A stretch of DNA of 63,713 bases, the filler included, from Octopus bimaculoides (taxonomy: Eukaryota), in the NCBI RefSeq assembly GCF_001194135.2. It is 5 parts of 5 records of this genome, joined end to end, with 100 filler letters (N's around TTAATTAATTAA, not from the genome) between each part and the next. Parts side by side here need not be neighbours in the genome. Positions count along the whole stretch, not along the records: positions 39,329 to 49,166 come from NC_068996.1; positions 49,267 to 57,956 come from NC_068982.1; 3 more parts are not named here. One strand, 5' to 3'. Made by a program: the position numbers and the translations under genes. Numbering within the stretch: position 1 is the stretch's first letter; each line of letters starts with the position of its first letter. Positions 39,841 to 51,280 of this stretch are shown in pieces. The notes under the pieces were generated by a model. That model was not told the origin of the DNA, ran no database searches, and was given only the letters and a program-made list of their open reading frames with translations.

Positions 39841-40955
39841 GTATCCCCAATCCTCTTTTGACTAGCCTTTCGAAATTGCTTAATGGTGTACACTACGGGT
39901 ATAAAATGTTTGATAAAAATATAAATCATCTCATTTACATGGATGATTTAAAGCTCTTTGCAAAAAATGACCAACAACTACAGAGTTTACTAGCGATTGA
40001 TTGTTAAACAATTCAGTGATGACATCAGGATACAATTTGGCCTCGATAAGTGCGCAAAAGCTACCTTTATCAAAGGAAAAATGACAAAAACATCTAATGT
40101 GAACCTTGACACGCGGAATGTCATAAAGGAGTTAGAACCATTGGAGAGTTACAAATACCTAGGGGTAATTGAAGGGGACAATATCAAGCACTCAGTGATG
40201 AGGGAAAGGATCAGAAGAGAATGTTATCGCAGGGTGAGAGCAATACTGAAGACAGAGCTGAACGCGAGAAACAGGATCGAAGCGATCAATGCTCTAGCCA
40301 TACCAGTCGTGACTTACAGTTTCAATATCATTAAATGGTCAATTACTGAAATATGTAATGTTGACAGAAAGATACGAAAACTGTTGACAATGCATAGAAT
40401 GCACNNNNNNNNNNNNNNNNNNNNNNNNNNNNNNNNNNNNNNNNNNNNNNNNNNNNNNNNNNNNNNNNNNNNNNNNNNNNNNNNNNNNNNNNNNNNNNNN
40501 NNNNNNNNNNNNNNNNNNNNNNNNNNNNNNNNNNNNNNNNNNNNNNNNNNNNNNNNNNNNNNNNNNNNNNNNNNNNNNNNNNNNNNNNNNNNNNNNNNNN
40601 NNNNNNNNNNNNNNNNNNNNNNNNNNNNACACCTGCAGAAAAAGCTAAGCGCTTGAAAACCCGTGCTAAAATTGCTGCCTTAGCTATTATGACTGAAAAA
40701 TGGCATGGAAAACCTCTCAATGGCAAATACCCAAAGAGAGCGAATAATGCAGATATTGACAAAGCCTTTACCCACCAATGGTTAATGGCCTCTGGCTTGA
40801 AATCAGAAACAGAGGGGTTTATCATAGCAGCCCAAGATCAATGCCTACCTACAAAGAACTACCAGGCCAACATATTAAAGAACGGCAGCTTCCCAACATG
40901 TCGTGTATGTAAACAACAAAATGTAACCATTGATCATGTTGTCCCCATGTGCTGT
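39841..40955 (+). mobile_element. Dong/R4-clade RT and CCHC finger fragment
   Basis: HLIYMDDLKLFAK, QFGLDKCA, YKYLGV, AINALAIPVVTYSF, GLKSETEGFIIAAQDQ, CRVC..IDHV. Confidence 0.9.
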
Positions 40956-41280
40956 CTTCTTGCTGATACTTCCAAGAGCACCAATTACTATTGGTATCAC
41001 GTCTACTCTCCTCATTGACCACAACTTTCGTATTTCCCACTTCAAATCGTAATAGTTCTTTACTTTTTCTTCTTCTTTTTCATTGATCCTCTTGTCACCT
41101 GTCTATGCTATGCCGATTATCATGCATGTTCTATCTTTCATTTTTCCCCGATACAACATCCGGTTTTCGATGTCTGGTCAGGTGATTGCACTGAATCATT
41201 GCATCCCGCAAGATTTTCAATTTCCATTCTCGGTAGTTTTATTTTTATAACGTGTTTTCACTTCACTACCATGTCTTAAT
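40956..41280 (-). mobile_element. Dong/R4-clade restriction-like endonuclease fragment
   Basis: Minus strand: RHRKPDVV..RTCMII..EEEKVKNYYDLKWEIRKLWSMRRVDVIPIVIGALGSI. Confidence 0.8.
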
Positions 41281-41286
41281 AATAGT

Positions 41287-41373
<87 letters not shown>

Positions 41374-41377
<4 letters not shown>

Positions 41378-41932
41378 GCCCGGATGCAATACTAGGCAGT
41401 GGCTCTCATGGCTTCTCACCTTAACTGATTGGAAGTGTTATCATGTACATTGTTTTGTCTTGGCATAAAAGATGGGCTACAGCAAATATTCTGCTTAATA
41501 CTACAGATTTGCTTGTCAGTTGTTTGACCATAACCAGTTGAGCATGTCCCTTAGTGACTGATGATATGTGCATCTCTGATCATGAGTAGAAGTAGTGGGG
41601 GAGCATCATAGTCATGTGTTGAGAGGAATTCTTTGGGGGTTTGGATAATTGATCTTTGGAAACCTGGGTATTTCGCTCAACATCCTTAAACAATCCTTAT
41701 TCAGGGACCGTTTGAGTGGGATGGGCTGCTTGAATTGAAGAAAATTCTAACTGGGCCCCACCTGCGAGGTCATGTGCTGTTTATCTTGATATGAGATCAC
41801 CATGTCGGGCACATATGGTTGTGGTGCATATGCCTGGTGTACCCTTATCAGACGGTTAGTCATGATGGGTATAATGGGCTTTGTATATTTTACTCCAGTG
41901 TCACTTTGATGGCATGCACTGCTCTCTCACTC
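41374..41932. mobile_element. Unclassified ~560-bp element embedded in (AAT)n
   Basis: Complex sequence with long pure (AAT)n directly on both sides. Confidence 0.5.
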
Positions 41933-41997
<65 letters not shown>

Positions 41998-42959
41998 GGA
42001 ATAGCTCCGCGCTGAATAACAACATGGACGTGCTACACAGGGCTCCCCATTCAAAAACAAACCTAATCCAATAACATCGATGGAATTAGATAAAAGAACC
42101 CGTGGAAGACTTGAAGAAAGCGGCCTGTTAACGAAAATACTACTAATAATAAAAACGAAATTTTACTGCCATACAAAGCACAGTTTCTCCTACGCACGAT
42201 GTCTCAATGAAACATGTGCGAAACACACCCACGATATCAACATCGGAAAGTTTACAAATTATAAAATAGAAATGGAACAAAACTGTAAGTACATAAATTG
42301 AGTAATTACGCATACACTCGAATGTCTACACAATCATATATACATGTTGATACCCATAGGACTACACATACAGCTCAATGTTTACACAACTACGTGAAAT
42401 TTACTGGACACACATTTATGCATATGAAAACAGGTGTCACAAACGAAGCAAAAACCGAAAACAATACTGTTTTCTTTTTTCATTTTTATTTTGCGACTAA
42501 CACAAACAGAATGAACTATTTATAAGTTTAAAAATACTACAAAATATATACTCGGAGATAAACCTATCAAAAAAAAAAAATACAGGCGAATACAGATCTG
42601 TTAGTCTTAAAAAGCTATAGTACGAGCAATGTTTACATGCAAAGAGCTCGATGATGGTGATGTCGCAAAAAGTTGACCCTAAACAGACAAAACCGTTCTC
42701 TAATGTCAACGTCTAAGCTCGTCATGCCTCAATGATAACAAAGCAAATTACAAACCAGATTGGTCGTCGACCGGACCACAAAGGGCCACGTACTCGATAT
42801 AGATCTGTTAGCTTTAAGATGCTACGTTACGAGCAATGTTTACATGCAGAGAACTCGGAGACGGTGTTGTCTCAAAAAATTAACCTTTAACAGACAGATC
42901 CATCTCCTGATGTCAACGTCGAAACTCGTCATGCCACACTGTTAACAAAGCAGTTAACA

Positions 42960-43597
42960 CGATTTTTTGCACTTCTTGTAGGGATGGTAGGCCTGGTATC
43001 ATTTTCAAATAGGCTTCAGTACCTTTTCTTTTTATCATTCCTAGAGATCCTAAAATCACTGGTATGGTAGTCACCTTGAGCTGCCACATTTTTTCAACTT
43101 CTATTAGCAAGTCTTTATATTTACTGATCTTGTCAAATTCTTTCGCCGCTATATTATGATCGCAGGGAATACTCATGACAATTAATAAACACGTCTTCTT
43201 TGTCTGGTCTTTTATAATAATATCCGGTTTATTAGCTTTTATAGCCTTGTCGGTATGTACGGGGAAGTCCCAGAGAATCAACACATTTTCTCCCCCAGTC
43301 ACAGCTTCAGGATGATGTTTATACCATTTGTCAGCGGTTTTGATTTTATAATGCCGACATATTGTCCAGTGTAAATACTGGCCAACTCTGTCATGTCTTG
43401 CTTTATATTCTACAGGTGCTAAGACTCTACACCCTGAGATTAGGTGGTCTATAGTTTCAATCGCATCGTTACAAAATTGACATTTTGGGTCAGCTCCATT
43501 TTTTATCACATTGGCTTGGTAGTTCCGGGTTAATAAGCTTTGGACTTGAGCAGCCAATATGAAACCTTCACTCTCTGCTTTTAGTCCTGAGCTTCGT
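42960..43597 (-). mobile_element. Dong/R4-clade CCHC and REL endonuclease, open frame
   Basis: CQFCNDAIETIDHLISGC, RHD, ANKPDIIIK..CLLIVMSIP, KISKYKDL, IPVILGSLG. Confidence 0.9.
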
Positions 43598-44285
43598 NNN
43601 NNNNNNNNNNNNNNNNNNNNNNNNNNNNNNNNNNNNNNNNNNNNNNNNNNNNNNNNNNNNNNNNNNNNNNNNNNNNNNNNNNNNNNNNNNNNNNNNNNNN
43701 NNNNNNNNNNNNNNNNNNNNNNNNNNNNNNNNNNNNNNNNNNNNNNNNNNNNNNNNNNNNNNNNNNNNNNNNNNNNNNNNNNNNNNNNNNNNNNNNNNNN
43801 NNNNNNNNNNNNNNNNNNNNNNNNNNNNNNNNNNNNNNNNNNNNNNNNNNNNNNNNNNNNNNNNNNNNNNNNNNNNNNNNNNNNNNNNNNNNNNNNNNNN
43901 NNNNNNNNNNNNNNNNNNNNNNNNNNNNNNNNNNNNNNNNNNNNNNNNNNNNNNNNNNNNNNNNNNNNNNNNNNNNNNNNNNNNNNNNNNNNNNNNNNNN
44001 NNNNNNNNNNNNNNNNNNNNNNNNNNNNNNNNNNNNNNNNNNNNNNNNNNNNNNNNNNNNNNNNNNNNNNNNNNNNNNNNNNNNNNNNNNNNNNNNNNNN
44101 NNNNNNNNNNNNNNNNNNNNNNNNNNNNNNNNNNNNNNNNNNNNNNNNNNNNNNNNNNNNNNNNNNNNNNNNNNNNNNNNNNNNNNNNNNNNNNNNNNNN
44201 NNNNNNNNNNNNNNNNNNNNNNNNNNNNNNNNNNNNNNNNNNNNNNNNNNNNNNNNNNNNNNNNNNNNNNNNNNNNNNNNNNNNN

Positions 44286-44347
<62 letters not shown>

Positions 44348-44649
44348 TTTGTTATTTTAAACTTATTAAAATATTTTGTTCTTGAAACTTTCACATACTC
44401 CTTATTCCTTAGCGTGCCATTGGTCCAGATTTTGATGGTTAGTATTTTATTGGCGTTCTAAAGTTTGATTTTGTGCTTTGTTACAAGTACTTAACAATGT
44501 CTAATATCATTGCTTATTGTTCCATATTGTGTTTTCGTTGTACTTGTCTGTGCATGCGAGTGAGTGAGTGAGTGAGTGAGTGAGTGTGTGTGTGTGTGTG
44601 TTGTGTGCGTACGTATGTGAGTGAACTTTAAGTAGTTTATTTCTACATA

Positions 44650-44800
44650 GGCGCAGGTGTGGCTTGTATTAAGAAGCTTGCCTTCGAACCACGCGGTCCC
44701 GGGTTCAGTGCCACTGCATGGTACCTTGAGAAAGTGTCTTCTAATATAGCCCGTGCTTTGTGAGTGGATTTGGTTGATGGAAACTGAAAGAAGCCCGTTC
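44650..44800 (+). mobile_element. SINE family C head running into (TA)n and a gap
   Basis: GGGTTCAGTGCC B-box; GGAAACTGAAAGAAGCCCG followed by (TA)n. Confidence 0.8.
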
Positions 44801-44806
44801 TATATA

Positions 44807-44837
<31 letters not shown>

Positions 44838-45702
44838 NNNNNNNNNNNNNNNNNNNNNNNNNNNNNNNNNNNNNNNNNNNNNNNNNNNNNNNNNNNNNNN
44901 NNNNNNNNNNNNNNNNNNNNNNNNNNNNNNNNNNNNNNNNNNNNNNNNNNNNNNNNNNNNNNNNNNNNNNNNNNNNNNNNNNNNNNNNNNNNNNNNNNNN
45001 NNNNNNNNNNNNNNNNNNNNNNNNNNNNNNNNNNNNNNNNNNNNNNNNNNNNNNNNNNNNNNNNNNNNNNNNNNNNNNNNNNNNNNNNNNNNNNNNNNNN
45101 NNNNNNNNNNNNNNNNNNNNNNNNNNNNNNNNNNNNNNNNNNNNNNNNNNNNNNNNNNNNNNNNNNNNNNNNNNNNNNNNNNNNNNNNNNNNNNNNNNNN
45201 NNNNNNNNNNNNNNNNNNNNNNNNNNNNNNNNNNNNNNNNNNNNNNNNNNNNNNNNNNNNNNNNNNNNNNNNNNNNNNNNNNNNNNNNNNNNNNNNNNNN
45301 NNNNNNNNNNNNNNNNNNNNNNNNNNNNNNNNNNNNNNNNNNNNNNNNNNNNNNNNNNNNNNNNNNNNNNNNNNNNNNNNNNNNNNNNNNNNNNNNNNNN
45401 NNNNNNNNNNNNNNNNNNNNNNNNNNNNNNNNNNNNNNNNNNNNNNNNNNNNNNNNNNNNNNNNNNNNNNNNNNNNNNNNNNNNNNNNNNNNNNNNNNNN
45501 NNNNNNNNNNNNNNNNNNNNNNNNNNNNNNNNNNNNNNNNNNNNNNNNNNNNNNNNNNNNNNNNNNNNNNNNNNNNNNNNNNNNNNNNNNNNNNNNNNNN
45601 NNNNNNNNCACATTTTTCTTTTCTTATTAATTATCTTTTTCAAAATAAGCATTCGCTGTTAATGTTGGTTTGAACGATATGATTTATATTTGCATTGTCA
45701 TC

Positions 45703-45744
<42 letters not shown>

Positions 45745-45857
45745 CCAGTGTTTGCATGTGTGTGTGTGTGTGCCAGTGTTTACTCGTGCGTGTGTGTGCG
45801 TGTGAGAGAGAGAGAGAGAAAGAACGTGCGAGAAAGAGTGAGAGGGGAGAGAGAGGG

Positions 45858-45892
<35 letters not shown>

Positions 45893-46580
45893 GATTGAAT
45901 TGGTGAGATGAAGTAATTTAACACTTTAATTTTTTTTATCACTTGGTAGTCGATCACTTGTATGGAAAAATTACAATAGATTACTGATATGAGATAAAGA
46001 GCAAAATAATTTCACTTTCACTAATAAATGAGCATTTCTTCACTGTATTCTATACAGAAAGCCATGTCAGCAAAAGTAAGTGTATCTTAAATTAGAGAAC
46101 TAACTTAAGAATGTATAGAATAAACCCTTCCAATGACCTGTAGACACAATGCTTTCTCTCTCTCTCTTTGTCTGGTTGCCTGTCTCTGTCTCTGCTTTTT
46201 TCCTCTACCACAATGGAACCGTCTCATTGGAGCTAGCTTCTCCCTACCACCTTTACATAGATGTGCTTTACTCAATCACCTTACCTCTTCTCCCTGCCTA
46301 TTTGGAGTCCTCTCTTAGAACCCACATTAATCACAACGTGCACTCAATTTACCCAAGAATGTTGATTCTTAGCAACATTAATTCTGTGGATCTTATGCAT
46401 TCTCAGTTGATCGGAAAAATCTATGGGCATCATCCTTTTCTCGAGACAAATCGATAAAATAAAAAAAAAACATAATACAAACATTCAAACACAAAATATT
46501 TAAGATATTTGGGGCTCCAAGTTAGTAGCCCAGAATATACTGAAATACTGAAAAAACATTTGTAGGCAATATATCAAAGC

Positions 46581-46938
46581 ACAACTTTAAAGAATGTAGT
46601 TGTATACAGCCAGAACAATGCGAGAAGGTACAAAGTAAATTACAAAATGAAAAGAAAACAGAACAAAGTTGTAGTTTTACCTTGTATTTTTATACTTCGG
46701 GGTGAAGAGCGCTGCTTCAGAGCATTCGGAAAAGCAGTATTTGGAAAAGTTTGTCGCCCAGAGCAACAATTTTTCCAACTACCACATTTCTGGTTGTCAT
46801 GAAGAAGCGGTCTTAACGCCGAAATATAAAAATATAAATTAAAACTGCAACTTTGTTTTGTTTTCTTTTCATTTTGTAGTTTAATTTGTACCTTCTCACA
46901 TTGTTTTGGCTTTACACAACAACCTTTTTTAAAGTTAT
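46581..46938. mobile_element. Old ~360-bp fold-back (palindromic MITE-like) element
   Basis: Arms pair from the outer ends inward to a centre near 46757, with scattered mismatches. Confidence 0.75.
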
Positions 46939-47699
46939 ACCTCACACACCAAAACTACCTCATCAAAACATAAATATAAGCACATGACAATACGGCTACT
47001 TTAAGATATCGGTCAGCCATAGTAGTAATTCATCTTTGATATAAATATTAAACACACGAGTAAATAAATATATTAACCGCAAACTGGCAGAGTCTCTGGA
47101 ATAATGAATAGAATACCTTGCGGTATTCATTTCAGTTTTCTGTGCACTGAGTTCAAATGTCGCCAAGGTGGTGGATTAGTAGAGAAGGGAGATTTGCATG
47201 TACGGGACCACTGCTAGTCTTCCTTAAAAAGGCATGCCCAGGCATGTGTAGGAATGGTTAACCTTGTCCCGCGGAGGCCTTGTATATACAGCGCGCGCGC
47301 ACACACACAGGTTCATGGTAATACAATATCATTCAAGATTTTAATAGGAAACATTTTATCAATTATATGCCCCGATTATATAATGTGATGTGGGGTGGAT
47401 ACACATGAAAATAGTCATACATATTTTGATTGCCTGCTTTGATAAATCGATCGGGAGACTTGATGTCTTTGTCTACAATATTTATATATTTAATTTTTAA
47501 CTTTCGTTTTATCACAATAGCCATATATGAAAATTTACTTCAGCCTCCTGCCATTGCATGTCGTGTTATCATCGTCGTCGTCATCATCATCATCATCATC
47601 ATCATCATTCACTGTTATACTCGCCTTTCTCATGTTGTCTCATTTTTTTCCTTCCTTTGCTCCTTCTGCTAACCCTCATCTCTTTTCTCGTCGTCGTCG

Positions 47700-47738
<39 letters not shown>

Positions 47739-48785
47739 GCATCTGCGGCGGCAGGAGCAGCGATTCCCTACCCACCACCACCACCACCACCACCACAACC
47801 ACAACCACAGCCACCATCATTATCGTCGTCGTCGTCGTCTTCATCAACGTCGATTCCTCCTTTAGGTTTACTTCTTGCAGTTTATAAACGCTTCTATTCT
47901 TTCTTTCGTCTCATACCACTCCCAACACCGCTGTCAATGTCGGTTATTTATAAAAAAATNNNNNNNNNNNNNNNNNNNNNNNNNNNNNNNNNNNNNNNNN
48001 NNNNNNNNNNNNNNNNNNNNNNNNNNNNNNNNNNNNNNNNNNNNNNNNNNNNNNNNNNNNNNNNNNNNNNNNNNNNNNNNNNNNNNNNNNNNNNNNNNNN
48101 NNNNNNNNNNNNNNNNNNNNNNNNNNNNNNNNNNNNNNNNNNNNNNNNNNNNNNNNNNNNNNNNNNNNNNNNNNNNNNNNNNNNNNNNNNNNNNNNNNNN
48201 NNNNNNNNNNNNNNNNNNNNNNNNNNNNNNNNNNNNNNNNNNNNNNNNNNNNNNNNNNNNNNNNNNNNNNNNNNNNNNNNNNNNNNNNNNNNNNNNNNNN
48301 NNNNNNNNNNNNNNNNNNNNNNNNNNNNNNNNACACATACACACATATATATACACACACACATGCACATAGACATACTTATTTTTTTATTTCACGCAAA
48401 AAAATTATCTCCTTCGTATTGTTATGTTTCCAAATATATTTTTTATTTTTATTGTTGCAATATAGAAGAATACCATAAATGTATCATTATTTTTTTAAAT
48501 ATATTTTTTATGTGCATTTTCTCGTGGATAAAGGGATTATACAGAATACACTGACAAGAAATAATTCTAGGTCCATTTCTTGTATTTTTCTTTTAATTTC
48601 TCTGTTTTTTTTTTCTTTTTTAATGCTTTGGAGAATATATTTCTTTACTTTGGAGTCTTGATACGTTCTCTTGTTCTGGTCGTATATTTCTTTTTATAAA
48701 TTTACCATTCTACAATTATCTTTTCTCTTATGCAACAAGACTCCTTCCACAAAAGCCAGAAAATGTTGCCGAGGGTATCTTGTGT

Positions 48786-48828
<43 letters not shown>

Positions 48829-48842
48829 AAATCGTTGTCGAC

Positions 48843-48860
48843 GTCATCATCATCATCATC

Positions 48861-48953
<93 letters not shown>

Positions 48954-49058
48954 TTCATCATCATCATCTTCATCATCATCATCATCTTCATCATCATCTT
49001 CATCATCATCATCATCTTCATCATCATCATCATCATCATCTTCATCATCATCATCATC

Positions 49059-49091
<33 letters not shown>

Positions 49092-49105
49092 TTCATCATC
49101 ATCAC
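48843..49105. repeat. (ATC)n microsatellite with periodic TTC interruptions
   Basis: Direct reading. Confidence 0.95.
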
Positions 49106-49166
49106 CGTTCTCAAGGAGAACAATAACAACAAAAATGAATTACAATTCTTGGTTATCGCGTTTAAG

Positions 49167-49266
49167 NNNNNNNNNNNNNNNNNNNNNNNNNNNNNNNNNN
49201 NNNNNNNNNNTTAATTAATTAANNNNNNNNNNNNNNNNNNNNNNNNNNNNNNNNNNNNNNNNNNNN
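49167..49266. other. Assembly join spacer
   Basis: N44-TTAATTAATTAA-N44. Confidence 0.95.
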
Positions 49267-49315
<49 letters not shown>

Positions 49316-49345
49316 ATATATATGTATGTGTGTGTGTGTGGGTGT

Positions 49346-49383
<38 letters not shown>

Positions 49384-49569
49384 TGCTGAGCCACTTGCGT
49401 GATAATTTCACGAGCTGGTTGTTCCGTTGATCGGATCAACTGTAACACTCGTCGTTTTAACCGCTAGGTACTAGTCAGTATGAGCGCGAGCGCGCACGCA
49501 CGCACGCACACATATATATGTATATCAATCAATCAGTCAATCAACCTAGCTATCGATTCATATATTTAT

Positions 49570-49760
49570 ATAGTTGAAATTTAAAAAACAAAAGATGAAG
49601 ACAGGTGTATAAACAACAAACTGATGTATTAGTTTGACGCTCGGGAAGGTGAGAAAGTCTTTTACATTTCGAGCCTACGCTCTTCAGCAGGAAGGAACAC
49701 GAGGAACTAAACAGAGGGAAAATTTAAAAAAACTTGTGGAGCTAGCGGTCAATTATGGTG
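49570..49760 (-). mobile_element. Short repeat carrying a hammerhead-like motif (PLE pseudo-LTR or retrozyme-like)
   Basis: CTGCTGA-A-GAGC(GTAG)GCTC-GAAA-TG-TA; homologous to 59610-59752. Confidence 0.6.
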
Positions 49761-49764
49761 ACTG

Positions 49765-49818
<54 letters not shown>

Positions 49819-50650
49819 CGTGTGTCTGTATGTACTTACATACATACACACATATACGTATATATGTAAATATATGTAAGTATGTATAATCAAAAATGAG
49901 CCAAGAGAAGTCACTCAAAGCAGCCAGGTGTTTGTGTATAAACAAATACAAGTACGTCAAATACAAGTACAAATACAAGTACGTCAAATACCATACAACA
50001 TAAATCCTTCAGCTGTTAAAGCTATCTCCGCCTCTAGAGGATGTGTCACAATTACAAATAGGAATTGAGACCAGCTCCACTTGAGAAGGGAAGATAGTCT
50101 CAAAAAGAGAAGTATTCTGCCAAACTGACATGGTGTTAAGGATTATTAGCTGGAGATTATTATCGGAGATAAAAAGAGCAGAAATAAATAAGTCTTTGAC
50201 TGCCCTCTAATCAGCAGAAAATGAGTCTATCCTTTTCCTTAATGACATCGATTTTGGAGAAATTTTCATTCTTAAGATAATCTCCCCTTCTAAAGTGGAA
50301 CAGGTCTTAGTTGCCATTTGGAACTTTTAAACATCCTCTAGAGGAGGAGATAGGGAGATAATCTGAATAAACCAAGCATTTATGTCATATGTTATTTATA
50401 TGTCTCTATATGTACNNNNNNNNNNNNNNNNNNNNNNNNNNNNNNNNNNNNNNNNNNNNNNNNNNNNNNNNNNNNNNNNNNNNNNNNNNNNNNNNNNNNN
50501 NNNNNNNNNNNNNNNNNNNNNNNNNNNNNNNNNNNNNNNNNNNNNNNNNNNNNNNNNNNNNNNNNNNNNNNNNNNNNNNNNNNNNNNNNNNNNNNNNNNN
50601 NNNNNNNNNNNNNATTATCTAAATGAAGTATTAACAGTAACTGCACGATA

Positions 50651-50999
50651 AAGTGAAGTGTATTGCCACTTAAGTTTGGCTGACCCCTAGGGGTGGATGT
50701 TACTGTTGCTTTAGCCCCAGGAGGACATCTCCTCCAGCTGGCTTATCGACACACTACTGTGTCCTGTTTGTTTTGCCAAGGGAAGTTATCCCTCTCATGG
50801 TGATCGTAGCACGAACGAACCCGGGTTTCAGGGTTATTTCCCTTCGTCAGCGTCCGATAGCTACCGACCTTTGGCAAAACAAACAGGACACAGTAGTGCG
50901 TCGATAAGCCTGCTGGAGGAGATGTCCTCCTGGGGCTAAAGCAACAGTAACATCCACCCCTAGGGGTCAGCCACACTTAAGTGGCAATACACTTCACTT
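50651..50999. mobile_element. Young fold-back element with 129-bp TIRs and a 91-bp spacer
   Basis: 50651-50779 versus 50871-50999 show 3 mismatches by eye; TA on both flanks. Confidence 0.9.
50802..50869 (-). ncRNA. Type I hammerhead ribozyme in the spacer of the fold-back element
   Basis: CGGACG-CTGACGA-AGGG(AAATAA)CCCT-GAAA-CCCGGG-TT-CGTTCG with extended stem I GGTC-G-GTAGC/GCTAC-GATC. Confidence 0.8.
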
Positions 51000-51052
51000 T
51001 ATATATATATAATTATGCACTTTATTAATAAAGTTGCAGAGACAACACAAAA

Positions 51053-51092
51053 ACTGTTACTCAGAGTTTCACGTTCCCATTCGTCGGACAGT
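51053..51092 (-). ncRNA. Degenerate type I hammerhead (U4C)
   Basis: ACTGT-CCGACGA-ATG(GGAA)CGT-GAAA-CTCTGAG-TA-ACAGT; perfect 5-bp stem I. Confidence 0.6.
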
Positions 51093-51226
51093 TTTGGTTG
51101 AGAATGGAACAAGGTATAGTTATATGCATAGATATACAATTACTTTGATAGATACATATTTGAAAATAGTTTTGTTTCATTGATCTTTTCAATAACCGGT
51201 TATATGAAATTACAATTACGATTTAT

Positions 51227-51280
<54 letters not shown>

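Noticed and set aside
48728-49132. 134-aa poly-Met/Lys ORF
   Set aside because: It is the reverse strand of an (ATC)n microsatellite, with no splice or domain support.
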